64,000 bases of DNA from an uncultured Candidatus Saccharibacteria bacterium. Lineage in GTDB: Bacteria > Patescibacteriota > Minisyncoccia > Phycocordibacterales > WO2-35-19. The position numbers were made by a program, and so were the translations under genes. Shown one piece after another: positions 35,983 to 45,490 of the stretch. Where the stretch lies: NCBI GenBank assembly GCA_964548205.1, contig CAZJPJ010000001.1, positions 60,086 to 124,085 of the forward strand, written 5' to 3'. How positions within the stretch are numbered: position 1 is the stretch's first letter; each line of letters begins with the position of its first letter. The notes beneath the pieces are model-generated. The model searched no databases. It saw only the letters and a list, made by a program, of their open reading frames with translations, and was not told the DNA's origin.

Positions 35983-37647
35983 ATGTCAAAAATATTGGAC
36001 AAAATATTTAGTATCAGGTCTTATTTTGAGGGCTTACCCCTCAGTGTCGGGTCTTGGTTTGTGGGTGTCTCGGCTGTTTTTATGGTCCGCTTTTTCCTAG
36101 AAGCTATGACTAGCCCATCCTCTACTCGTATCCTAGCTACAGACGCTTCCTCACTACTACACTACTATGTATTTTTCATGGCTTTTGCTTTTGTTTTTAT
36201 GATCTTTCTTTTTTATGCTCTACCAAGTTGGCGCAAAGCAATACCAGGGTTTACCGTAGCTGCTCTTGCTAGTATCTTTATCGCTCCCATTATCCATTTT
36301 GTCATGAGTCCTAGTTATGGAGTGGCTATTGCCTATGTATTTGAGCCACCGCTTGAGACTCTTATTTCCCTCCTAACTTTTTTTGGGCCACTCTCAGGTA
36401 GTGGTATATCGCTTGGTATACGTATCGAAGTGGTTATTATCTTGCTTAGTATCTTTGGTCTTGTGTATGTAGAAAGCAGGAAAATATCAAGAAGCCTTCT
36501 TTATACAGCGCTTCTTTATCTCATCATTTTCTTTTTCTTGGCGTTGCCCAGTATTATCAATATAGTTGCAGTAGGTTTCGGGGTTGGAGGATATTTCGGT
36601 GTACCACTAGACTTTTTTGCTAGCAGTGTGAACAAGTCACTCACTGTGACAAACCACATACACCAGACACTTTCCTATGCTAGCGAGACAAGGTTTTTGG
36701 AAGTCGGGTTTAATTATCTTATAGGCAAATTTTTCTTTATTATTCTTGTTGGAGCTGTGTTTGTTTGGTTTTATAAGAATAGTAAAGAGAAGCTTTTTAC
36801 TGTTCTCAAAAATTCTCGGCTTGAGAGGGTGGCTCACTACATACTGATGATACTTATCGGAGTCTTTGTGGCCTACAGATTGTTTCTAGCAAAGTATGCT
36901 AGCCTCTCTGTACTTTTCGGGCTCAACGATACTCTTTCTACCCTGATGCTTATACTCTCTTTCTATTTTTCTTGGATGTTTGCTGTGGCTATAAATGATA
37001 TTGTGGATGTGGAGATCGATAAAGTGACCAATGCCGAGCGACCTCTTTGCAAGGGGTCGCTCGGCCCCTCCGACATGAAAGACTCGGCTCTCATCTTTGC
37101 GCTCCTCGCTCTTCTTTCTGGCTTTCTTGCTGGTTTGGTCCCCTTCTTTATGCTCCTTGCCTTCAGTGCTCTCTACTACATATACAGTGCTCCTCCTACC
37201 CGCTTCAAACTGGTCCCTTTTTTCTCTTCTTTTCTTATCGGTCTTTGTTGTCTTACTGCTGTTCTTGCCGGATTTTTCCTTTTTGCTCCGGTCAAAGATT
37301 TTTCTCTCATCCCGACAAATCTCACTATCGGCATAGTAGTTTTCTTCTTCCTTTGGTCACATATCAGAGATATGAAAGATATCGAAGGGGACAAAAAGGA
37401 AGGTGTCATGACCGTGCCCGTACTTTTCGGAGACGCTTGGGGACCGAGAACAGTAGCTATACTCTCTTCCCTCGCATATCTCCTCGTGCCTATTTTTACC
37501 AACAACTCTGCTCTCTTTTTGCCGGCCGCTGTAGCGGCTTATGCCAATGCCCGCTTCATATTACGCAAGCCATATCTCGAAAAATACATCTTCCGCACTT
37601 ACTTTGTTTTTGTCATAGTCTCTCTCCTCTTTATCTTTCTGCTTTAG
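35983..37647 (+). CDS. UbiA-family prenyltransferase with an N-terminal polytopic membrane extension of about 300 aa
   Basis: C-terminal half carries NDIVDVEIDKV (NDxxDxxxD) and RDMKDIEGDKKEG, the two Asp-rich UbiA motifs. The N-terminal half is an additional multi-TM region. Confidence 0.7.
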   Translation: MSKILDKIFSIRSYFEGLPLSVGSWFVGVSAVFMVRFFLEAMTSPSSTRILATDASSLLHYYVFFMAFAFVFMIFLFYALPSWRKAIPGFTVAALASIFIAPIIHFVMSPSYGVAIAYVFEPPLETLISLLTFFGPLSGSGISLGIRIEVVIILLSIFGLVYVESRKISRSLLYTALLYLIIFFFLALPSIINIVAVGFGVGGYFGVPLDFFASSVNKSLTVTNHIHQTLSYASETRFLEVGFNYLIGKFFFIILVGAVFVWFYKNSKEKLFTVLKNSRLERVAHYILMILIGVFVAYRLFLAKYASLSVLFGLNDTLSTLMLILSFYFSWMFAVAINDIVDVEIDKVTNAERPLCKGSLGPSDMKDSALIFALLALLSGFLAGLVPFFMLLAFSALYYIYSAPPTRFKLVPFFSSFLIGLCCLTAVLAGFFLFAPVKDFSLIPTNLTIGIVVFFFLWSHIRDMKDIEGDKKEGVMTVPVLFGDAWGPRTVAILSSLAYLLVPIFTNNSALFLPAAVAAYANARFILRKPYLEKYIFRTYFVFVIVSLLFIFLL

Positions 37648-37715
37648 ACTTCTAACTTTATAAACTTTCTACTTTCTAACTTTGTACTTTTTACTTTATT
37701 TTTTACACGTAAAAA

Positions 37716-37790
37716 GGACTTACGGGAACCAGCGCATCTGGGTGCGCATTGCTCTCGTAAGTCCTTACGGCCACTACGGGCCGCTCAATG
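37716..37790. terminator. nested hairpin: outer GGACTTACGGGA...TCTCGTAAGTCC, inner GCGCA tctgg TGCGC, with TTTTTAC on the minus strand
   Basis: Lies between the convergent UbiA gene (+) and the Zn-ribbon gene (-). Confidence 0.5.
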
Positions 37791-37838
37791 TCTTCTTGTC
37801 CCTTTTCCGTCTTCGCGGCTTTTGGGGACGTATCATGC

Positions 37839-38054
37839 CTAAGCGAACACCTGCAACGGTTTCCTTGAGGCGACTCCTGTCCTCTTTCTTTGGGCGGTTA
37901 CGATGTAACCGCCTTCTTTGTTTTTTCGCCACGTCAGCTCGTGGCCGCAACCATGCTCGCACATTTGGATCGTTGTTTTTCCTTCCTGTGCGAGTGCCGG
38001 AGCCACATGGTAGATGTGGCAATTGGGGCAGTGAGCCCCATTGTCTCGAAACAT
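37839..38054 (-). CDS. small zinc-ribbon protein with a basic tail (about 71 aa), GC-rich
   Basis: MFRDNGAHCPNCHIYHV...QMCEHGCGHELTW gives a CxxC...CxxC arrangement. The ORF track extends to 38153; the Met at 38054 was chosen. Confidence 0.4.
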   Translation of the reverse strand: MFRDNGAHCPNCHIYHVAPALAQEGKTTIQMCEHGCGHELTWRKNKEGGYIVTAQRKRTGVASRKPLQVFA

Positions 38055-38132
38055 TTTCTTCTTCTTTCTGTCGTGAAATAGGACTCGGGAGGGTGTGACC
38101 CCTCTCTTACTGCGTCCGGTTATCTTTATACT

Positions 38133-38171
38133 CCTCATTTGACAAAAATGCAAGTCAAAGGCCCCTGGGGA
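38133..38171. repeat. left copy of a roughly 30-bp direct repeat (CAAAAATGcaagTCAAAGGCCCCTGGGGATAA)
   Basis: Second copy at 38587-38618 (CAAAAATGTCAAAGGCCCCTGGGGATAAC). Together they bracket a roughly 450-bp AT-rich gene cassette. Confidence 0.6.
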
Positions 38172-38243
38172 TAAGTGAGGTGTACTCTTCCCTATTCTAC
38201 TCTATATATTGTTGATAAAATTGAATTATTGATTACAAAAAAT

Positions 38244-38513
38244 ATGCAAAAAGATTTTGATAGTTGGAACAAGCTTAAGCAAACGCTAGATAATAAGAAA
38301 GAAGAAGAAAGATTGTATTTCAAAGACGCCGAAGTGCGGTGGGTCAATTTAGGTATAAACGTGGGTTTTGAAATGGATGGCAAAGACTCGTACGCCAATC
38401 TTTCACAAATCAGAAATTTGGATAGTAAAAGATTGATAAATAAAGTCGGTCATATAGAAGAAGGCTTATTTAAGGAGGTAAAGAAAAAAGTCAGTGAAGC
38501 AAACTTGCACTGA
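38244..38513 (+). CDS. small hypothetical protein (90 aa) encoded between the direct repeats
   Basis: MQKDFDSWNKLKQTLDNKKEEERLYFKDAEVRWVNLGINVGFEMDGK...; an intrinsic terminator (AGTCAGTG...CACTGACT then TTTTTT) overlaps its stop codon. Confidence 0.4.
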   Translation: MQKDFDSWNKLKQTLDNKKEEERLYFKDAEVRWVNLGINVGFEMDGKDSYANLSQIRNLDSKRLINKVGHIEEGLFKEVKKKVSEANLH

Positions 38514-38586
38514 CTTTTTTCTTTTATTCTCCCCACTATGTGGGGCGAGCCCGAAGGCCATCTATACTACCATTATACACCCTCTA

Positions 38587-38618
38587 GCCAAAAATGTCAA
38601 AGGCCCCTGGGGATAACG
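38587..38618. repeat. right copy of the roughly 30-bp direct repeat
   Basis: See 38133..38171. Confidence 0.6.
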
Positions 38619-39032
38619 CTCTATGGCGTTTCTCCTTCAGGGGCCGGATATGATGGCCGTCTGCCACGTCTACTTTTTCTTTGATTGGGAACGACGCTTG
38701 ATCTGCCTTGCGGCCGCGGAACAACAGCGCGGTGCCAGACGTGTAATAACTTTTCTCTTTTTCGTGAAATTTGTGCGCGTTTTTCTCGCCTCTCTCTTTT
38801 GGGGATTCCTGTTGGGAGAAAAACCGAATTGGGTCATATGCTTCTTTCCTTCTTTCTATTTTTATCACTGCGTCGTGCATCAGCTGGTGCACGATCTGAT
38901 GAGAATAATAACTCCAAAAATAAAAAATGCAAGAAAGAGAGTTAAAAGTAGAAAGTCTATAAAGCTAAAAGTCGAAAGGTCTATAAAGTGAAAAGCAGAA
39001 AGTCAAAATTTTTGTAAACAAAAACCCCGCTA

Positions 39033-39095
39033 AGCGAGTCTGCTAGGCTCAGGTAAGAGCTTTGCAGACTGCTAGCGGAGTGTTTCCCCAAAGGA
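39033..39095 (-). terminator. imperfect long hairpin CCGCTA(AGC)GAGTCTGC...GCAGACTGCTAGCGG, with GGGGTTTTTGTTTAC on the minus strand
   Basis: Downstream of the PEP-CTERM gene 39121..39855. Confidence 0.45.
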
Positions 39096-39120
39096 CGCCT
39101 CCTCTGGGGTGCTGGAGAAA

Positions 39121-39855
39121 TTATTCGCGGAGCTGTCGCCGCCGCCGGCGTCTGGCTATGCCAAGACCGAGCAGTCCAGCGCCGGCAAGGAAAAATGTTG
39201 TCGGCTCTGGCACTTCTCCGCCGGGTGGCGGACAGTGTCCCCCGCGACACTCGTACGTGGCACTTAGTGCCACAGAGATCGCGAGGGGGTAGGCCTCAAA
39301 CCCGTCGTTTTTGTAGACGTCGAAGTTGAAGCTCTCGAAGCCGTCCTTCAACCACTTGGTGACATCGAAGGTCGATATGGTTCCCTGTGGGACCAAACTC
39401 CCGACTCCTCCGATGTTGAACCATGTGCTCGATCCCGTCGGAGAGTCGACGATCAGTGAGGCGCTGAGGATTCTGCAATCCTCAGGTACTTCATAATCGA
39501 GGTATCCCCAGAACACTTTTTCTTGGACGACGCCGTTAAATACAGCACTGACGAAGTCGGCCCCGTACGGGCCGCCTCCGCCTTGGTTGAGTATATCGGC
39601 CTCGACCATCAGATGTTCCTCTGGCATCACGAACAGTAAAGTGTTGCATCTCGGGTCAGTTTGACCCGTTCCGCAAAGCTCCAAGAATGTCGAGTCGTGA
39701 CGCGGCGCAGGGCCGAGGTGTGGCCCATCGGGCGGATGCCCGATGACACCGGCGGAGACGGTGGCTGGCGCGACGGCCAGCGCGAGCAACAAAACGGCCA
39801 ACAGCGTGGTCAGAAGATGGGGGCCGAAGCCCCAGACTAGACCTTTTGCGGTCAT
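39121..39855 (-). CDS. PEP-CTERM sorting-domain secreted protein (second copy, not a close paralogue of the first)
   Basis: Signal peptide; C-terminus GGEVPEPTTFFLAGAGLLGLGIARRRRRRQLRE. SD AAGGAG 6 nt before the ATG. Very GC-rich. Confidence 0.7.
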   Translation of the reverse strand: MTAKGLVWGFGPHLLTTLLAVLLLALAVAPATVSAGVIGHPPDGPHLGPAPRHDSTFLELCGTGQTDPRCNTLLFVMPEEHLMVEADILNQGGGGPYGADFVSAVFNGVVQEKVFWGYLDYEVPEDCRILSASLIVDSPTGSSTWFNIGGVGSLVPQGTISTFDVTKWLKDGFESFNFDVYKNDGFEAYPLAISVALSATYECRGGHCPPPGGEVPEPTTFFLAGAGLLGLGIARRRRRRQLRE

Positions 39856-39880
39856 GTTTTTCTCCTTGTATTGTCTAGAA

Positions 39881-39954
39881 CTTCTCTCGTTTGCCCCGAC
39901 TGATCGGGAACGAGAAAGCCGTTTTCAACCTAGCACGAAAAAAGCTCTGTGTCA
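39881..39954 (-). promoter_or_regulatory. promoter (TTGACA, 16-nt spacer, TAGGTT on the minus strand) plus a nested 5'-UTR hairpin (TTCTCTCGTT tg CCCGA ctga TCGGG a ACGAGAAAG)
   Basis: Read from the reverse complement of 39856-39960. Confidence 0.4.
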
Positions 39955-40013
39955 ATCACAATTTATGTATGGCTAAGAAAAAACTTTAGACAGTCGTGTG
40001 GAGAGTCCGAGTA

Positions 40014-40559
40014 CTACAAATCTAGAAAATTAATACCACTTGGAAGTTCAAATATCGTGAGGTTCTGGTTCCAAGGCTTGCACTCGTAGTCTTGTTTGTC
40101 GTTTATGCCTACTATCTGAGCCTGTTCTTCCTGAGAAGCGTTTTTGCTCGCACTCTTTGCTACTCCTGCTTTATAACCTACAGGTTGAAGCGAGGTCCAA
40201 GTATAAGAAGTGTCATCTTTTATTATGAAGTGAGTAGCAAAACTTCTGGGCGTTTCTTGGTTTGGCGCATCTTCCGGTATCACAAGTTCTACATCAAAAT
40301 CCCCCCGCAAGTCCCCCTCGTCTGATAGTCGTATCTCACCTATTACTCTAGAAGTTTCTCCTATTTTTATGAAAGTACAAGAAAATGGTTTCTTCTGATC
40401 GAGCACGTCTTTCAAGCTATATGTACCGACTATCGCCCCTTCGTTGTTTGGCAAAGGTAAATCACTTGAGAACACGTTTATCTCTTCTTTAGTCTTATTT
40501 AGAGCAAAATATGCTCCTATCGCCACTATCACTATGATCAAAAACAATACTTTCTTCAT
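40014..40559 (-). CDS. hypothetical exported protein (N-terminal TM anchor)
   Basis: MKKVLFLIIVIVAIGAYFAL; no motif recognised. Confidence 0.5.
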   Translation of the reverse strand: MKKVLFLIIVIVAIGAYFALNKTKEEINVFSSDLPLPNNEGAIVGTYSLKDVLDQKKPFSCTFIKIGETSRVIGEIRLSDEGDLRGDFDVELVIPEDAPNQETPRSFATHFIIKDDTSYTWTSLQPVGYKAGVAKSASKNASQEEQAQIVGINDKQDYECKPWNQNLTIFELPSGINFLDL

Positions 40560-40603
40560 TTTGAGTTGTTAATTTCTAACAATATTCCCTATTCCCCATG
40601 ATA

Positions 40604-41251
40604 TTACCTATTTTGGTACTCTGCAAGGATGGCTGCATTGCGTTCCATCTTTCCTGCTTTGCGTAGGTATCTAGATGTTTCTTTGGGAACGATCTCTGTA
40701 TGTTCGTACTTATCTAGCGCTAGGGCTATATCGTCCAAATCTTCTTCTTGTGCTATCCAACTGTAGCCAAAATTTTTCCATACATTGTACGGTTTTGAAA
40801 AAGATTTAAGTGTCTTTTCTCCGCTATCTATAAAGTATTCGTGGTAGTAACTGATAGCGAGTTCACGCGCACTTTTATAAATTGGATCACGATAACGCAG
40901 GACTGCATGATTGGTTTTGCTTATCGCTCCCCAATGTTTTCCGATTTTGAATGCGCAAAGCGTATGATCGTCATCTTTTTTCAGGTCTTTTACTTTTAAA
41001 TCCATGAGAAAGTTTGGGTAGCCGTGGTACTCAAGACACAAAAGTCCGAATAAAGCTCCTTCAAAGCAGTGCATTTTGTTTGCTTTCAGGGCTCGACTTG
41101 GCGACATATAAGTCTCACCACTGTTTTCGAAATTGAAAGGCACACTATCCAAAAAGTCTTGGACTTTGCTTGGAGTATTTAATTTCCTGATTATATTTAT
41201 CTGCTCTCTGGGCAGAAACTTCTCAATTGTTTTCTTGCTGTTTTTTTTCAT
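40604..41251 (-). CDS. hypothetical protein, possibly a papain/transglutaminase-like Cys-His fold
   Basis: NKMHCFEGALFGL then ...H...D downstream; weak. Confidence 0.4.
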   Translation of the reverse strand: MKKNSKKTIEKFLPREQINIIRKLNTPSKVQDFLDSVPFNFENSGETYMSPSRALKANKMHCFEGALFGLLCLEYHGYPNFLMDLKVKDLKKDDDHTLCAFKIGKHWGAISKTNHAVLRYRDPIYKSARELAISYYHEYFIDSGEKTLKSFSKPYNVWKNFGYSWIAQEEDLDDIALALDKYEHTEIVPKETSRYLRKAGKMERNAAILAEYQNR

Positions 41252-41370
41252 ATCGTATTTTCGTCTGGCAAAATAATTGTTCCGCTAGATACGGAAATTT
41301 TGTTGAAGAAAATTTCCTTGTCCTCGGCCCGTCGGCCTGCGGAATCTCGCTACACAATTATTTTGCCAGA

Positions 41371-43782
41371 CTAGGTTATCGAATGCCCTCCAAACTGATT
41401 GCGCAGAGCGCTAAGGACTTTACCAGTGAAAGAAGGCATATCTCCCGAATGGATACGAAACTCAAGCGAGCCTTCTATGATCTTGGCTTCGAGCCCCATC
41501 TCCTTGGCCGCTTCGATTGTCCACTTACCCTCTCCTGTGTGAGCGACAGTGCTCGATATTTGCTCTAAATCATTGCCGTACAGTACTAGAGCTTTTTTGA
41601 GCCAACCGACAAGCCGCGACTCGATGACGCTGCCGTGGTTATAAATATCAGCTACTTCAGTCAGGTCTAGTTTGTACTCTGAATTTTTCATTATATTAAA
41701 CCCCTCGGCTATAGCCTGCATCATGCCGTACTCGATACCATTGTGGACCATTTTTACAAAGTGTCCAGCTCCGGCTCCATCGAAAAATTTATAGCCGTTT
41801 GGTATGCTTATGTCTCTAAATACTTTTTCTACTTTTTCAAACACTTCTCTTTCTCCTCCGATCATGATCGAAGCTCCGTTTCTAGCACCGCTTGGACCAC
41901 CAGAGACTCCTGCGTCTACAAAATATATACCCCCCTCTTTCAACTTCTGAAATCTTCTCTTGCTATCGTTGAAGTTTGAATTGCCTCCGTCTATTACGAT
42001 GTCTCCTTTTTCCAAGCTATCCGAAAGTCCTTCTTCGAACAATACTTTATCTATGGTCTCTCCGGCAGTGAGCATCAACCATATAATTGTGGGAGATTTT
42101 TTTTCTGCTTTTATTTTTTCTACCATATCTTTCACACCTATCGTCTTTAGCATGCCTTCTCTTGATAACTCTTCCACTATTTCTTGTGATCTGTTGTGGC
42201 CGTATATCCTATAACCTTTCTCTAGTAATTGTCTAACAAGTCCAGCTCCCATTTTGCCTAGACCGACAATACCTATGGTATTTGTTTTTTCTACTTCTAT
42301 AATATTTTTTTCTATGTGTGCTGATTTGTCACTTGCTTCGAATGTATCTGGTTTGTAGCTATCGAGGGTTACTAGATCATTCTTCCAGGCAGATACTATG
42401 GGGTCCACAAATCTCCACATGGCCGCCACTTCTTTGCTCGATACGAAGAGGGTCTGGTTGCCAGCTATACAGTCTAGAAGCAGTTTCTCGTATTCTTCGG
42501 TATACTGACTTCTCTCGGTCAATTCTCGGTATGGCAATATGACCTCTCTTTTTTCTGTCTCATAAGTCAACCCAGGCTTTTTTGACCAAAGTTCTATCAC
42601 TATTTCTTCTTTTGGTTCTAGTTTTATGATTACTTTATTTTTGTGGTGACCACTATTGTTGCCGCAAAGACACGGACTCGGATGTTTAAATGTGACCACG
42701 ATTTCTTTTATCTGTTCTTTCATCCTTTTTCCAAACTCCATGGTTATGGGCACTCCTACCCATTTATCATGTCTCAGTTCTGCCTTTACCTTGAAGTAGG
42801 TTTCGGTCTTAGAATCTTCTCGTACCCCTTCTATTTGTCTGAAGCCTATATATTGAGACCTGTATGTATTTGAGACTATAAAATCTTTTTCCGGTGTCAC
42901 CAAAGTTTCTAGTATCTCCTCTCTTTTTTTTATTATCGAAGACGCTTCGAAACTCTTTGGGTGTTCCATGGTAAGTAACGCAAGGATTTGAATCAGGTGG
43001 TTTTGACCTACGTCTCGGAAGGCTCCTATTTTGTCATAGAAGGCGCCGCGTTTTTCTACCCCCAGTGTTTCCCAAAGTTTTATTTCTATCTTCTCGATAA
43101 ATCTGTTGTTCCAATTTTCTTCAAAAATATTGTTTGAAAATCTAAAAGAAAGAATGTTTTGCAGCATTTCTTTTGCTAGATAGTGATCTATCCTATATAT
43201 CTGTTCCTCCTTAAACAATTCTCCGAGTTGGGTATCCAATTTTTCTGCTGTTTTCATATCTTCACCGAATGGTTTTTCTACTATGATGCGAGTCCAACCT
43301 TCGAGCGGCCCACAGCCGTCGGCAAGACCAGATTTTTTTAGATGGGTGAATATGTTTACATACAATTCTGGGGGCACGCTAAGGTAGAAAAGCTTGTTAG
43401 TGCATATACCGACTTTCTGATCGAAAGACGAAAGTAATTTTTTAAGTTCTAGGTAAGAAGCATCTTCATTCAAATCACCTCTATGGTACTCAAACAGTTC
43501 CAAGAAATCATGAAGATTATTAGAATCTTTGATTTTTTGACTATGTCTTATAAGTGCTTCTCTTGCAAATTCTCTGTAGCCTTGGTTGCCTAGATCTTTT
43601 CTAGCAAAGGCTACTATTTTGAAATAATCAGGCAGATTACCTTTGTTATATAAGTGAAAAAGTGAGGGTATTATCTTTCTTTGAGTTAGGTCTCCAGTAG
43701 CTCCGAATATAGTCAGAGTCGTAGGTATATTTGAGCGAGCTTCCATATTGTGCAGCATTATAGCATAACCAAAAGCACCCAC
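41371..43782 (-). CDS. zwf-gnd: bifunctional fusion: glucose-6-phosphate dehydrogenase (N-terminal) and 6-phosphogluconate dehydrogenase, decarboxylating (C-terminal)
   Basis: N-terminal half has TIFGATGDLTQRKIIPSLFHLY, EKPFGEDMKTAEKLD and RIDHYLAKEM (G6PD). C-terminal half has IGIVGLGKMGAGLVRQLLEKGY and VKMVHNGIEYGMMQAIAEGF (6PGDH). A single 803-aa ORF. Confidence 0.8.
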   Translation of the reverse strand: MGAFGYAIMLHNMEARSNIPTTLTIFGATGDLTQRKIIPSLFHLYNKGNLPDYFKIVAFARKDLGNQGYREFAREALIRHSQKIKDSNNLHDFLELFEYHRGDLNEDASYLELKKLLSSFDQKVGICTNKLFYLSVPPELYVNIFTHLKKSGLADGCGPLEGWTRIIVEKPFGEDMKTAEKLDTQLGELFKEEQIYRIDHYLAKEMLQNILSFRFSNNIFEENWNNRFIEKIEIKLWETLGVEKRGAFYDKIGAFRDVGQNHLIQILALLTMEHPKSFEASSIIKKREEILETLVTPEKDFIVSNTYRSQYIGFRQIEGVREDSKTETYFKVKAELRHDKWVGVPITMEFGKRMKEQIKEIVVTFKHPSPCLCGNNSGHHKNKVIIKLEPKEEIVIELWSKKPGLTYETEKREVILPYRELTERSQYTEEYEKLLLDCIAGNQTLFVSSKEVAAMWRFVDPIVSAWKNDLVTLDSYKPDTFEASDKSAHIEKNIIEVEKTNTIGIVGLGKMGAGLVRQLLEKGYRIYGHNRSQEIVEELSREGMLKTIGVKDMVEKIKAEKKSPTIIWLMLTAGETIDKVLFEEGLSDSLEKGDIVIDGGNSNFNDSKRRFQKLKEGGIYFVDAGVSGGPSGARNGASIMIGGEREVFEKVEKVFRDISIPNGYKFFDGAGAGHFVKMVHNGIEYGMMQAIAEGFNIMKNSEYKLDLTEVADIYNHGSVIESRLVGWLKKALVLYGNDLEQISSTVAHTGEGKWTIEAAKEMGLEAKIIEGSLEFRIHSGDMPSFTGKVLSALRNQFGGHSIT

Positions 43783-43817
43783 TAAAGGGTGCTTTTGGTT
43801 AGACGGAAAGACTCTAT

Positions 43818-44078
43818 CTATTTAGTCAGGTGGGCTGACACAAGCTTTGTCATCTTGAACATATCGACAGATGACTGACCACCGAAAACCACTTTAAGCT
43901 TTTCATCAGCGTTGATGACTCGCTTATTTTTCTGGTCTTGCAGGTCATGCTTCTTAATGTACTCCCAGAGCTTTTTTACTACCTGAGATCGAGGCATAGG
44001 TCCTTTGCCCACTACTTCTGCAAGTTCGTCACTTACATTGAGTGGTTGCAATAATGCAGGATTTGCTTTTCTTGGCAT
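43818..44078 (-). CDS. SWIB/MDM2-domain protein
   Basis: LSDELAEVVGKGPMPRSQVVKKLWEYIKKHDLQDQKNKRVINADEKLKVVFG matches the SWIB domain. Confidence 0.7.
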   Translation of the reverse strand: MPRKANPALLQPLNVSDELAEVVGKGPMPRSQVVKKLWEYIKKHDLQDQKNKRVINADEKLKVVFGGQSSVDMFKMTKLVSAHLTK

Positions 44079-44164
44079 TTTTACAAAATTAAATACTAAA
44101 AACCTCCACGTCTCTGATTATACCTTATTGTGTATAGTAAAGTCCAGTCGAACAGTCTTGTCGA

Positions 44165-45469
44165 TTATTTGACAGTACCAAGAAACGGTATACCCAAATG
44201 CTTCCGTCTAGTTTCTCCTTTCAGTAAATTTCCAACTCTTTGTGTATTTTGCCCCCGTGCACCAGTGTGTTGGGGTTTCCTTATAGCTCCAAAACTCGAG
44301 CACAAAAATACAGTGTGTTTACCAAACTTATCTGCGAGCAAATCTACTTTTTTGTATATATGAGCAATTCTCTCTATTTTGTCGCCTAGATCAAATAGGC
44401 TCTTAGTTATAGCTTTTTCTTCCACAAGATTTAGAAGGGTTACCCCCGTGGCTCTGTACAGCTTTTTTTCTTTGAAAATACTGTCAAAGTACTTGTCTAC
44501 CGTGCTTATTATTTCTTCTGGGGTACAAACTGATTGAGATAGCTCTAGCTCTATTCCATGATAATCAAACTCCTGAGTCTTAATAAAGAAGTGAAAGCGT
44601 TGAGTCCAAAGCTCATGTCGGCGTAGCTTGATACAGGCGTTCTCTATGTTTTTGGAAAGCTGCGAGAATATAAAGGCCCTATCTCTACTTGGGGGAGTGA
44701 AGGTTTTAGTCTTGCTTATCGAAGCATAGCTCCTTTTTTTCTCCAAATTTAGGGGCAAGACAAATTTGCCATTGAGTTCAAGCCAAGTTTCTATTGTAGG
44801 TTTGGTAAAATTTTTTAAGACCCAGTTTTCATCTTTGTTTGCAAATTCAAATGCAGTTGGCACTCCAAGTTTTCTTAGTTTTGCACCTATGTTTGTACCT
44901 ATGCCCCATATTTTTTCGACCTCTGTGTCTTTCAAAAAGTATTCTCGTCTTGTTTTTGGTATACAGGTGAGACCGGAGGGTTTTTCCCACTTCGATCCTA
45001 CTTTTGCTAGAGTTTTATTTATAGATAATCCCACCGAAAAGGATAGCCCGAGCTCACTTTCAAGAGTTTGCTTTATTTTCTCGGAAATCTCTTCGTAGTT
45101 CATTCTTAAAATTCGTCGAGAAGCAGTTATATCTGCAAAACATTCATCTATGCCGTACTCGTCTACTTCGTCTGTAAAACGCCGTACGATGTTATACATG
45201 CGCTGTGAGTACAAACTATATGTCTCATAATCAGAGGGCAATATTATAAGCTCTGGACAAAGTTTTTTTATCTCGCTTATTTTCATTCCCCTTTTTGCAC
45301 CACGAGCTTTGGCCTCGTAACTCAAAGCAGAAGCGATACCTCTCTCTGCTCCAGTGATAACACACTTGCCACGAAGTGCTGGGTTCTTGGCCACTTCACA
45401 AGCTACGAAAAAAGCATCCCCATCGACGTGCATTATAGCTTGTGGGAATTGTTTGTTTTCTCCCCACAT
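44165..45469 (-). CDS. dinB: Y-family DNA polymerase (DinB/UmuC-like)
   Basis: IMHVDGDAFFVACE near the N-terminus, the catalytic Asp/Glu motif GIDECFADIT, and a little-finger region. Confidence 0.85.
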   Translation of the reverse strand: MWGENKQFPQAIMHVDGDAFFVACEVAKNPALRGKCVITGAERGIASALSYEAKARGAKRGMKISEIKKLCPELIILPSDYETYSLYSQRMYNIVRRFTDEVDEYGIDECFADITASRRILRMNYEEISEKIKQTLESELGLSFSVGLSINKTLAKVGSKWEKPSGLTCIPKTRREYFLKDTEVEKIWGIGTNIGAKLRKLGVPTAFEFANKDENWVLKNFTKPTIETWLELNGKFVLPLNLEKKRSYASISKTKTFTPPSRDRAFIFSQLSKNIENACIKLRRHELWTQRFHFFIKTQEFDYHGIELELSQSVCTPEEIISTVDKYFDSIFKEKKLYRATGVTLLNLVEEKAITKSLFDLGDKIERIAHIYKKVDLLADKFGKHTVFLCSSFGAIRKPQHTGARGQNTQRVGNLLKGETRRKHLGIPFLGTVK

Positions 45470-45490
45470 GATGTTAATGATATTTAGGAA

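Noticed and set aside
38584-38892. 102-aa minus-strand ORF considered as a DUF559/Vsr-like endonuclease
   Set aside because: The similarity is too weak to claim, and it overlaps the right-hand direct repeat and a competing + strand ORF. It is left unannotated.
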